Assembly: GCA_044342095.1 (NCBI GenBank)
Contig: JBIIQL010000001.1
Coordinates: forward strand, 1-26,184
DNA from: Pirellulales bacterium
GTDB lineage: Bacteria > Planctomycetota > Planctomycetia > Pirellulales > UBA1268
Direction: 5' to 3'
DNA: 26,184 nucleotides
Notes under the pieces: generated by a model
Databases searched by the model: none
Told to the model about the DNA's origin: nothing
The model's input: only the letters and a program-made list of their open reading frames with translations
Shown: in pieces, positions 9,062 through 17,118 of the stretch
Layout: each line of letters begins with the position of its first letter
How positions within the stretch are numbered: the first letter of the stretch is position 1
Made by a program: the position numbers and the translations under genes

Positions 9062-10087
9062 TTACTTCTCTCCCGGCATCCGCAGATCCCAGGCCTCGAC
9101 CCATTCGACCTCCCCCGGCTCCATGCCGAAATCCTCCCGGAGGCGGCGGTCGAAGTCTTCCATGTGAGCGGCGCCATAGAAGATGGCCATCCGCTGCTTC
9201 CCGTCGGCGATCTGTTCCGAGAGCACCTCGAGCGCGGCGCCGTTACGGTCGGTGATCAGCGTCGATCCCTCCTCGCCGCCGAAGGCCGCGGTGAGGACCT
9301 CCATGTCGGTGAACTGCTCCGCCATGATGCGGCGGAGCCGGACCTCGCGGTCCTTCCCGAAGAATAGGCCCCACAGATCCCCGATCCCAACCTCGGGCCC
9401 GGTCGGCTTTCCGCGTTCGGCACGCTCGACCCCTTCGGCCATGAGCCTGGTGAACATCGTCCACCACGATTCGCCACGCTTCTGCATCGCGGCGTCGAAC
9501 TCCTTCGGCGACATGTCGGCGTGGACGAAGTTCTCGGCGGTGTAGTCGATCTGGTCGAGTTGGAACTCGAGCCCGAGCATCTTCGTCATGCCGTGCTGGG
9601 CGCTGCCGATCGCCCCGGAGGCCTTCCGCCCCGGCTTCGGGATCCGGGCGTTGTCGGGGGCGACGAGTTCATAGAGGACAGCGTCATAATCCTCGAAGAG
9701 CCGGTCGAGGGTGTCGTAGTAGCCCTGTCCTCCGAGATGGACGGCCCCGACGAGATCGACCTCGACGGGCGTCCGGCGGCCCGCCGCCCGGGCCGACGCC
9801 TCGGTCTCCCGGTAATGGACGATCGACGTGTCGAGCGACACCGGCCGCCCCTTGGCATCACGGGAGACCCTGAGGAACTCGACGTCGTCGGTCGGACCCT
9901 CCTCCCGCTCGGCAACCGCCCCCCCGCGCCCCCTCGCCGGCTCCGCGGCCGCCGCCTGACCGATGCCCCACCCTCCCCAAACCACCGCGGCGAGCAGCCA
10001 TCCGCACCGGATCGCGTGGCTGGGCCAAAAATTCTTGGCCCGTGGAGGTCGGCCCCCGTGGTGAGAGCCCTCGAGGCAGATCGGCAT
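9062..10087 (-). CDS. Exported protein, TraB/GumN (Tiki)-like
   Basis: Hydrophobic N-terminal segment (WLLAAVVWGGWGIGQAAAA), VGAVHLG, VLYELV, LITDRN and IFYGAAHM, matching the GxxH / E / RN / GxxH pattern. SD GGGAG before ATG 10087. Confidence 0.6.
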   Translation of the reverse strand: MPICLEGSHHGGRPPRAKNFWPSHAIRCGWLLAAVVWGGWGIGQAAAAEPARGRGGAVAEREEGPTDDVEFLRVSRDAKGRPVSLDTSIVHYRETEASARAAGRRTPVEVDLVGAVHLGGQGYYDTLDRLFEDYDAVLYELVAPDNARIPKPGRKASGAIGSAQHGMTKMLGLEFQLDQIDYTAENFVHADMSPKEFDAAMQKRGESWWTMFTRLMAEGVERAERGKPTGPEVGIGDLWGLFFGKDREVRLRRIMAEQFTDMEVLTAAFGGEEGSTLITDRNGAALEVLSEQIADGKQRMAIFYGAAHMEDFDRRLREDFGMEPGEVEWVEAWDLRMPGEK

Positions 10088-10288
10088 CGCTCTTCTCCCT
10101 GAAAACGTCGGGAATCCGCGGAAAACCGCCGCAGTCCGGGGCCGCGCGGGGCGGTTCCTGCAGGATACCCGAGGTTGCCCCGGCTGCCACCCTTTCTTCC
10201 TTCGGGATCGCTTCGTCCCCCCGATCCGTCAGGGTCTGCCAAGTTTCGTTAACTCGGATCCCCGGCACGACCGATACCAAAGGAGCAA

Positions 10289-10302
10289 TCCGCAATTGCG
10301 GA
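10289..10302. promoter_or_regulatory. Perfect 14-bp palindrome TCCGCAATTGCGGA (candidate operator)
   Basis: Read directly from the sequence; ends 32 nt upstream of ATG 10335 in a divergent intergenic region. Confidence 0.45.
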
Positions 10303-10334
10303 ACAACGGCTCCTGCTCCCCAGGACACATAGCG

Positions 10335-12161
10335 ATGGCTACACACCCCCGTGTCAAGCGTGTTTCCGGACTCGTCTCCAAGCTGGCGACCATCCTCGCC
10401 CTGGCGACGCCGCTGGCCCCTCTCCCCGTGGCCAGTGGCGGAGACTGGATGCCGCTCCTGCCGGACCAGGACTTCTACGACTTCCAACTCTTCGCCCCGC
10501 CCGATCTCCAGGAGTACGAGATGTACCCTGAGCCGAGCGAGGGGATCTTCTTCTCCTACGACCGCCTCGCCTACGGCATCACAGTGCCGCGGGTGACCGG
10601 CGTGGGCAAGACGGATACCGGCGGGTATATCATCCCCACCCAGCCGATCTCGCCGCAGACGCTCGTTCAGCTCAACAACGGCAACATCCAGGCCGGGGCC
10701 TCGACGGGCAGCGCCAACGGCGACGTCATCGGCGGCATCTACATCTTCGGTGGTGATCCGATGCAGCTCGACCTCAACACGAGCTGGATGCGGACGAAGA
10801 TCTCGTGGGGCAACCGCTACGAGGGCGGCTGGATCTACGACAACCGCGGCGTCCTCATCTCCTATGCGAATCTCGGCTCCCAGTCGCAGAGCTTCCAGAC
10901 CAACAGCGAGTTCGCGGCGTCATCGCCGACCCAGGAGTTCACGCAGGAGACGGCCTCCGGCACAGGGACGACCGGCGGCATCGGCAACGCGATCGTGACC
11001 ACGACGATCACCTCCGAGAGCCCCCCGCCCGATCACCTCATCTCCCAGAAGCTGACCCAGAACAACAACACCGAGATCCAGAGCGGTGGCGTGGCGATGA
11101 TGCTCCGTCGCGAGTTGGGCCGGCGGGGGAGCGGCACGACGGCAACCTTCACCTTCGGTCCGCGGTACATCCAGGTGGCCGACCACTACAACATCGGTTA
11201 CGAGAGCAACCAGTACGCGTTCAACAACGGCACGACCGGTGGCGGCGGCGGCGGCGGGAACAACCAGGGCGGTGGCGGCAACAACCAGGGCGGCGGCAAC
11301 AACCAGGGTGGCGGCAACAACCAGGGTGGCGGCGTCAACAACCAAGGCGGCGGCAACAATCAGGGCGGCGGACTCGGCAACAACCCCCAGGGCAACAACT
11401 CCAACTTCATCTTCAACTCGGGACCGGCCGGGAACGTGCTCGGCATCACCGGTGTCGACACGCTGACCGGTGTCGGACAGGGTACGGCCCTCCAGACCGG
11501 CGAGTGGCAGACGAACACCTACAACAACATGGTCGGCCCGGAGTTCGGCATGCTCTTCGAGAGCAACTACGGCCGCTTCACCTTCACCAGCGGGCTCAAG
11601 TTCACCGCGGGCTTCAACTGGCAGAACAACCTTTACCAGGGTTCGAACTTCCCCGAGAGCATGGGTGCCGACTACCTCCGCGCCACGTTCTCACCCTCCA
11701 CGACGTACACCTCCGACGGCACCAACGGCACCGTCCAGACGCTCTCCGGCCCGCCGCTGTTCCTCCAGATCTACGGTGTCGGCCAGAGCAATGCGACGAA
11801 TGCGGCCAGTCACCAGTTCGTCTTCTCGCCGATCGGTGAATGGCGGTTCGGAGCCCAGTACAAGGTCAGCCAGGCGATCAACCTCCGGGCCGGCTACACG
11901 GGCATGTGGTTGGGGAGCATCGCCCGGGCCTCAACCAACACCGGCTACGTCAGCCAGCAGAGGCCGGTGCAGTATGCCCAGCCGCGGGATCCGAGCCAGC
12001 CGGCGAGTCTTCAGAATCCGTGGGTCGTGAAGACTTCGACGCCGACCGGGGCCGACGGCACGCAGGTCAGCCCGACCTACAACCGGATCGGTCCGGTGGT
12101 CGGCGGCCAGGAATACGTGTTCGTCAACGGCGTCGACTTCGGTGTCGAGGTGAAGTACTGA
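10335..12161 (+). CDS. BBP7-type outer-membrane beta-barrel protein with Gly/Asn/Gln repeat insertion
   Basis: Signal-peptide-like N-terminus, amphipathic strands (GIFFSYDRL, GNRYEGGW, NNMVGPEFG, FSPIGEWRFGAQY, INLRAGYTGMW) and a C-terminal strand VFVNGVDFGVEVKY ending in an aromatic residue. Confidence 0.75.
   Translation: MATHPRVKRVSGLVSKLATILALATPLAPLPVASGGDWMPLLPDQDFYDFQLFAPPDLQEYEMYPEPSEGIFFSYDRLAYGITVPRVTGVGKTDTGGYIIPTQPISPQTLVQLNNGNIQAGASTGSANGDVIGGIYIFGGDPMQLDLNTSWMRTKISWGNRYEGGWIYDNRGVLISYANLGSQSQSFQTNSEFAASSPTQEFTQETASGTGTTGGIGNAIVTTTITSESPPPDHLISQKLTQNNNTEIQSGGVAMMLRRELGRRGSGTTATFTFGPRYIQVADHYNIGYESNQYAFNNGTTGGGGGGGNNQGGGGNNQGGGNNQGGGNNQGGGVNNQGGGNNQGGGLGNNPQGNNSNFIFNSGPAGNVLGITGVDTLTGVGQGTALQTGEWQTNTYNNMVGPEFGMLFESNYGRFTFTSGLKFTAGFNWQNNLYQGSNFPESMGADYLRATFSPSTTYTSDGTNGTVQTLSGPPLFLQIYGVGQSNATNAASHQFVFSPIGEWRFGAQYKVSQAINLRAGYTGMWLGSIARASTNTGYVSQQRPVQYAQPRDPSQPASLQNPWVVKTSTPTGADGTQVSPTYNRIGPVVGGQEYVFVNGVDFGVEVKY
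11238..11405 (+). repeat. Intragenic tandem repeat encoding (GGG[G/V]NNQ)x6 plus degenerate copies
   Basis: GGGGGGGNNQ GGGGNNQ GGGNNQ GGGNNQ GGGVNNQ GGGNNQ GGGLGNNPQ GNNSN. The ~18-bp units carry synonymous variation (ggc/ggt/ggg, aac/aat, cag/caa). Confidence 0.95.
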
Positions 12162-12214
12162 TCGGAACTGCGGCGGGGATCAACCGCCCTCGCCGCCTCG
12201 AGATCACGGTGGTC

Positions 12215-12255
12215 ATCGCCGTTGGCATTCGCTGGGGAGCGATGCCAACGGCGAT
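12215..12255. terminator. Long stem-loop between convergent genes
   Basis: ATCGCCGTTGGCAT (12215-12228) pairs with ATGCCAACGGCGAT (12242-12255), plus an inner CGCT/AGCG pair and GGGG loop. It lies between stops at 12161 (+) and 12347 (-). Confidence 0.7.
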
Positions 12256-12346
12256 CCCGTTTTCCGGGAGCCGGTTTTCAGGGATTCAGTCTTCGAGGAT
12301 CAAACGGTCGGGATTGCAGGCTTCGGCCCGTCCACGGCAGCGGCGT

Positions 12347-12841
12347 TCAGGGGCTTTCGGGGGGATCGAACCCGACGCCGATCCAACCGGCGGTCGCCCC
12401 CCGCGTCTGCGCGAGGGTCTCGAGCCGGTCGGCGAGTGGCTGCCAGAGCCGTTCGCGGGCCGCCGACGCGATGCCCGCCGGCAACTCGACCGGCACCCCG
12501 GCGGCATCGACCTGAACAAATCCCATCAGCGCGTCCATCCAGGGGAGGTCGTGCCCCGCAAGCGGCATGCCGACCACGCCGACGACGAGGTAGCACTGCC
12601 GGATCTGGAGCACCGCGCCGCGGATCTCCACGAGGGCCCCCACCGGAACACTCCGCCGGCACTCGACCGACACCACCCGGCGGAGCATGAGGTTCGCCGA
12701 CGGCCCAACCGCCCGAGTGCCGGCCGCATAGGCCGCCTCGAGCGCGAAGCGGAGAAGGCTCCCAGCGTAGAGCGTGCCGTGGTGATTGGCGTCGGCCGGG
12801 AGGACGAGGCGGTGGCTGATGGTTTCCAAAGGACCCTGCAT
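12347..12841 (-). CDS. Hotdog-fold acyl-CoA thioesterase (YciA-like)
   Basis: HRLVLPADANHHGTLYAGSLLRFALEAA, then CRRSVPVGALVEIRG and MGFVQVDAAGVPVELP. Start set at ATG 12841. Confidence 0.8.
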   Translation of the reverse strand: MQGPLETISHRLVLPADANHHGTLYAGSLLRFALEAAYAAGTRAVGPSANLMLRRVVSVECRRSVPVGALVEIRGAVLQIRQCYLVVGVVGMPLAGHDLPWMDALMGFVQVDAAGVPVELPAGIASAARERLWQPLADRLETLAQTRGATAGWIGVGFDPPESP

Positions 12842-12848
12842 GCGGGCC

Positions 12849-12857
12849 GTTATAGCA
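12849..12857 (-). promoter_or_regulatory. Extended -10 TGCTATAAC, 7 nt before ATG (leaderless-type)
   Basis: The minus strand reads ctgcTATAACggcccgcATG; no SD between. Confidence 0.55.
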
Positions 12858-12918
12858 GGGCGGGGGAGGGACGCCACCGATGCCCGCCCCCGCGGGGATC
12901 AAACAGTTCCCGCCGTGC

Positions 12919-15900
12919 TCACCACCCCGACACGGCCGCACCGCGCGGAGCGGCCTGCCGGGAGAAACCCGGATCGATCTTCGCCAGTTCCTCCCGCATC
13001 ACGGAGATCGTCCGCCGGATCTGATCGGGGGTGTGCTTGGAAGTGATGAAGAAGCGGAGGCGGGCCGCCCGCTCCTCGACCGCCGGATAGAGGATCGGCT
13101 GGACGCTGATCCCGCGGGCGAACAAGGCCCGCGACAGCTTGAGGCTGTTGATCGAGTTGCCGAGGATCACCGGAATGATGGCCGTCCCACCGGCCGACCC
13201 GGTGTCGAAACCGGCCTCCTGGGCGAGCTGGAGGAAGAGCCGGGAGTTGGCAAGGAGCTTCGTCACCCGGTCGGGCTGACGCTCGAGGAGCCGCAGCGCC
13301 CCCAGCGCCGCTCCGGCGGCCGCCGGTGGGAGGCCGACGGAGTACACGAAGCCCGGCACGGTGTACTTGAGCCAGCGGACGAGCGACTTCGAACCGGCGA
13401 TGTAGCCGCCGCAGCTGCCGAGCGCCTTCGACAGCGTGCCCATCCACAAGTCGACGTCGGCGGGGTCGACTCCGAACTGCTCGCTCATCCCCCGACCGCT
13501 GGCTCCCATGACGCCGATCGAGTGGGCCTCGTCGACCATGAGGAGCGCCTTGTGCTTCTTCGCCATCGTCACGAACCGCGGCAGGTCGGAGAAGTCCCCG
13601 TCCATGCTGTAAACCCCCTCGATGACCACGAGCACGCGACGGTACTGGCCGCGCACCTGTCGGAGGAGTTGCTCGGCGGCATCGAAGTCGTTGTGGGGGA
13701 ACGGGCGGCGACGGGCCCCGGAGAGGATCGCCCCCTGGAGAAGGCTGTTGTGCGAGAGGGCGTCGTGGAGGACGAGGTCGCCCGGGCCGACGACATGGCC
13801 GATGACCGTCTCGTTGGTGGCATGGCCGCCGACGAAGGTAATCGAGTCTTCCGTCCCGATGAACCGAGCGATCGCCTGCTCGAGTTCCTTGTGGATGACC
13901 TTCTCCCCCGACACCAGCCGGCTCGCCGACACGCTCGAGCCGTAGCGATCGAGCGCCGCCTTGGCGGCTGCCGTGACGTCGGGCTCACCCGACATCCCGA
14001 GGTAGTTGTAGGTCGCCCAGCTGATCATCTCCCGGCCGCCGATCTGCGTCCGGTCGTTGGTGAGCCCCTCGTGGACGCCAAAGTAGGGATCCTCGAGGCC
14101 GGCATCGCGGACGAGCTTGAAGTTCTGCTCGAGGGCCCGCACCTCGGGAAACTCGGCGATGTCCCACGCCTCGCGGGGAATGTCGTGGGTCACCGCGGTG
14201 ACGGCCGGGTGCTGCGGGCCGATCCCGGCGGACACGGCCGGGGCGAACCGGCCGGCGGCGGGGAGATTCGCGGCCGGCATGTGATCGAGGATCGCCTCCA
14301 CCACCTCACGACAGGTTTCGATCTGGGGGAGCACCTGTTCGGGGAAACGCCCGCCGTAGGTCTCCTCGAGACCAGTGACGATCTCCATCCGTTCGAGCGA
14401 ATCGAGCCCGAGTTCGACGATGTTACTTTCGAGGGTGAGGTTGCCAGCCCGCTCCTTGGCGATGTTGCGGACCTGGCTGAAGACGGCCTCGACGACCGAC
14501 TCGGGGAGCTCCCGCTGCGGGCGGCCGGGGCGCGTCGACTCTCCTACCGGGCGATTGCGGGCCAGTCGCGGAGCCTCCGCGCCGGGGCGGGGGGCCGCGG
14601 CGGCGGGGCGGGGCGCCTCGGTGACCGTCGAACCGGCGATCCCCGGCTGCAGCCAGCCGATCTGCTGCTCCACAACCTCCAGCGTGCCGTCGAGGAACTG
14701 CCGCTTGCAGGCGTGGCGTTGGATCTTGCCGCTCGATGTCTTCGGGACGCTGTTGGGGCGGACGAGCACGATCCCCTCCAGCGCGATCTCGTGCTCGATG
14801 GCAAGCTGGCGGCGGATCTTGTCGAACGCCTCCGTCATCTCTTCGCTATCGCGCTTGCCGCGCTCCAGTTCGGCGACGACGACGACACGTTCGCGCCCCT
14901 CGACTTCGACGGAGAACGCCGCAACGGAACCGGCCCGGATGAGCGACCCGGTCGTCTCGACCGTCTGCTCGATGTCCTGGGGGTAGTGGTTGCGACCGCG
15001 GATGATGATCAGGTCCTTGAGCCGTCCGGTGACGAACAGTTCTCCGTTGTCGAAGAACCCGAGATCACCAGTGCGGAGGTAAGGACCGGGGTTGGGCTGC
15101 CAGGTCTTGAGCGACTGCCGCTCCGATCCTGAGTCGGGCCGGGCAAGCATGGCGCCAAACGTGGCCTGCGTCTCGTCGCTGCGGTTCCAATAGCCTTGGG
15201 CCACGCTCGGCCCGCTCACCCAGATCTCGCCGATCATCCCCGGCGGCAGGGCTTCGTTCGTGTGTGGGTCGACGATCCGGACATCCTGACCGTCGAGCTC
15301 GCGGCCGCTGCCGACGAGCCGGCGCGTCCCCGGGGCGAAGCCGGTGCGGACGACCGCCGATCCGGTCTCGATCGACGTGGCGTCGAAGGTGCGGATCACC
15401 GGCGGCTCGAACTTCATCCCGCCGGTCACCATGAGCGTGCTCTCGGCGAGGCCGTAGCAGGGGAAGAACGCCTCGCGGCGAAACCCGCACGGCGCGAACG
15501 CCTCGGAGAAGGCGTCGATCGTCTCGGGGCGGACCGGCTCGGCGCCATTGAAGGCCAGCGACCAACTGGAGAGATCGAGCGAGCGACGTTGCTCTGGCGT
15601 GATCTTTCGGACGCACAGCTCGTAGGCGAAGTTCGGCCCGCCGCTGATCGTGGCCCGGTATTTCGAGATCGCCTCGAGCCAACGGAGCGGCTTTTGGAGG
15701 AACGCCACCGGCGACATGAGGACGTTGAACTTCCCGCCGTAGAGCGGCACGAGGATGCCGCCGATGAGCCCCATGTCATGGAAGCTCGGCAGCCAGAAGA
15801 CCCCCGACTGCGACCGGGTGATCTCGAAGGCCTGCATGATCCGCAGGGAGTTGTGGAGAAGGTTGGCGTGCGAGAGCATCACCCCCTTCGGCGTCCCGGT

Positions 15901-16440
15901 CGACCCGCTCGTGTACTGGAGGAATGCCAGCGTCTCGCCGTCGATGTCGGGCCGCTCCCAGCGTTCCGCCCAGTCGGACTCGAGCTCGGCATCGACCTTC
16001 CAGAGGATCTTCCCGAGGCTCGGCGCCGCGGCCCGGAGGCCGTCGAAGCGATCGAGGACATCGCGGGTCGTGAGGGCGACCGAGGCGTCGGCGTCGCGGG
16101 CGATCGCCTCGATCCGCTCGACCGAGCGATTCTTCCGTGGCGGATACGCCGGGACCGCGATCGCGCCGCCGTAGAGACAGCCGAGAAACGCGGCGATGAA
16201 GTCGAGGCCCGAGGGGAAGAGAAGGAGGACGCGTTTCCCGGTCATCCCCGAGGCCTGAAGCCACGCACCGAGCGTCCGGGCCTTCCGGTCGAGCTCGGCG
16301 TAGGTGATGTTGAGTTCGTCTTGCTCGCCGTCGACGAGGAACGTGAACGCCCGGTCATGGGGGCGGTAGGCCGACCGTTGCCGCAGCAGGTCGACAATCG
16401 TTTCGGCGAACGACGCTTCGGTGTTGGGATTGGGATTCAC
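12919..16440 (-). CDS. Trifunctional fatty acyl-AMP ligase - acyl carrier protein - PLP alpha-oxoamine synthase fusion
   Basis: FAAL: FLQYTSGSTGTPKG, WLPSFHDMGLIG, GGPNFAY, PCYGLAESTL plus insertion, YLRTGDLG, GRNHYPQDIE, PKTSSGKIQR. ACP: LGLDSL (Ser codon 14398-14400). AOS: TYNYLG, SHNS, EGVYSMDGD, DEAHS, GTLSKALG (Lys codon 13426-13428), RLRFF. GTG start with GGAGGT upstream. Confidence 0.92.
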   Translation of the reverse strand: MNPNPNTEASFAETIVDLLRQRSAYRPHDRAFTFLVDGEQDELNITYAELDRKARTLGAWLQASGMTGKRVLLLFPSGLDFIAAFLGCLYGGAIAVPAYPPRKNRSVERIEAIARDADASVALTTRDVLDRFDGLRAAAPSLGKILWKVDAELESDWAERWERPDIDGETLAFLQYTSGSTGTPKGVMLSHANLLHNSLRIMQAFEITRSQSGVFWLPSFHDMGLIGGILVPLYGGKFNVLMSPVAFLQKPLRWLEAISKYRATISGGPNFAYELCVRKITPEQRRSLDLSSWSLAFNGAEPVRPETIDAFSEAFAPCGFRREAFFPCYGLAESTLMVTGGMKFEPPVIRTFDATSIETGSAVVRTGFAPGTRRLVGSGRELDGQDVRIVDPHTNEALPPGMIGEIWVSGPSVAQGYWNRSDETQATFGAMLARPDSGSERQSLKTWQPNPGPYLRTGDLGFFDNGELFVTGRLKDLIIIRGRNHYPQDIEQTVETTGSLIRAGSVAAFSVEVEGRERVVVVAELERGKRDSEEMTEAFDKIRRQLAIEHEIALEGIVLVRPNSVPKTSSGKIQRHACKRQFLDGTLEVVEQQIGWLQPGIAGSTVTEAPRPAAAAPRPGAEAPRLARNRPVGESTRPGRPQRELPESVVEAVFSQVRNIAKERAGNLTLESNIVELGLDSLERMEIVTGLEETYGGRFPEQVLPQIETCREVVEAILDHMPAANLPAAGRFAPAVSAGIGPQHPAVTAVTHDIPREAWDIAEFPEVRALEQNFKLVRDAGLEDPYFGVHEGLTNDRTQIGGREMISWATYNYLGMSGEPDVTAAAKAALDRYGSSVSASRLVSGEKVIHKELEQAIARFIGTEDSITFVGGHATNETVIGHVVGPGDLVLHDALSHNSLLQGAILSGARRRPFPHNDFDAAEQLLRQVRGQYRRVLVVIEGVYSMDGDFSDLPRFVTMAKKHKALLMVDEAHSIGVMGASGRGMSEQFGVDPADVDLWMGTLSKALGSCGGYIAGSKSLVRWLKYTVPGFVYSVGLPPAAAGAALGALRLLERQPDRVTKLLANSRLFLQLAQEAGFDTGSAGGTAIIPVILGNSINSLKLSRALFARGISVQPILYPAVEERAARLRFFITSKHTPDQIRRTISVMREELAKIDPGFSRQAAPRGAAVSGW

Positions 16441-16612
16441 GTGCCGTGGGACCTCCGCCCACCTACCGTCCTTGAGGGACTCCCGGCGCGGCGCCTGGGG
16501 GCAGCCGGCACGGGCACCGTGCTTTTGGAAACCCGGGATTCCCCCCGGGACTTCTGGGATTTCGGCAGGTTTCCCAGACCTCCAACAGAGTCTACCCGTG
16601 GGTGCCAGACAA

Positions 16613-16643
16613 CCGGAAGTTCCGGACCACCGGGAGCTTCCGG
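16613..16643. other. GC-rich hairpin in the 389-bp region upstream of the FAAL gene
   Basis: CCGGAAGTTCCGG-ACCA-CCGGGAGCTTCCGG gives 13 pairs with one G-T and one bulge. It could terminate the ribE-rsmA-hyp transcript. Confidence 0.35.
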
Positions 16644-16829
16644 ACGGTGTTCCGCCGGCCCCGCGACCGACAGCCCTTCACCAGTCGGCAAGGGGGAGCG
16701 TCAAAGCGTCCCTGTTCCGGGGGCCACGCAAACTCTGCGGCCCCATGGCACCACCCGCCCGGGGAGTCTGGAGCCGATTCCGGCCCCGGCATCGACCGGG
16801 CGACCGCGCCGGGAGCGAGTCCCGACCGA

Positions 16830-17066
16830 TCAGGAAGCCCAAGTCCGGCCGCTCGCCGACTCGACGCGCGGTCCGAACTTGCCGGTCAATCCGCCAATGA
16901 CGTCCCACCGATCGTGCCGACGGACTTCGATGTCCCCCTGGAGGTTGACACGCACCAAACAGGTGTCGGTGAGACCGGCGCGGCGGAGGGCCTCGGGCGA
17001 CACCTCGTCCGGCTCGAGCAGGCTCATCAGCGCCCGGCCGTTCATCTCGATGTACTTCGCCAGCAT
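16830..17066 (-). CDS. Small hypothetical protein (78 aa)
   Basis: MLAKYIEMNGRALMSLLEPDEVSPEALRRAGLTDTCLVRVNLQGDIEVRRHDRWDVIGGL... SD GGGAG at about -12 and typical codon bias; globular-looking composition. Confidence 0.7.
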   Translation of the reverse strand: MLAKYIEMNGRALMSLLEPDEVSPEALRRAGLTDTCLVRVNLQGDIEVRRHDRWDVIGGLTGKFGPRVESASGRTWAS

Positions 17067-17118
17067 GCTGATTCTCCCTGAAGCGGATCGGCTCGGCTTG
17101 ATCGTCGTCGGCGCTTCC

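Noticed and set aside
11238-11405. Tandem repeat as a CRISPR-like array
   Set aside because: No spacers, in frame within a CDS with synonymous variation, and no cas genes.
12919-14200. Annotating the AOS domain as biotin synthesis BioF
   Set aside because: It is fused to a long-chain FAAL and ACP and no bio genes are nearby. A phylogeny is still needed to exclude it formally.
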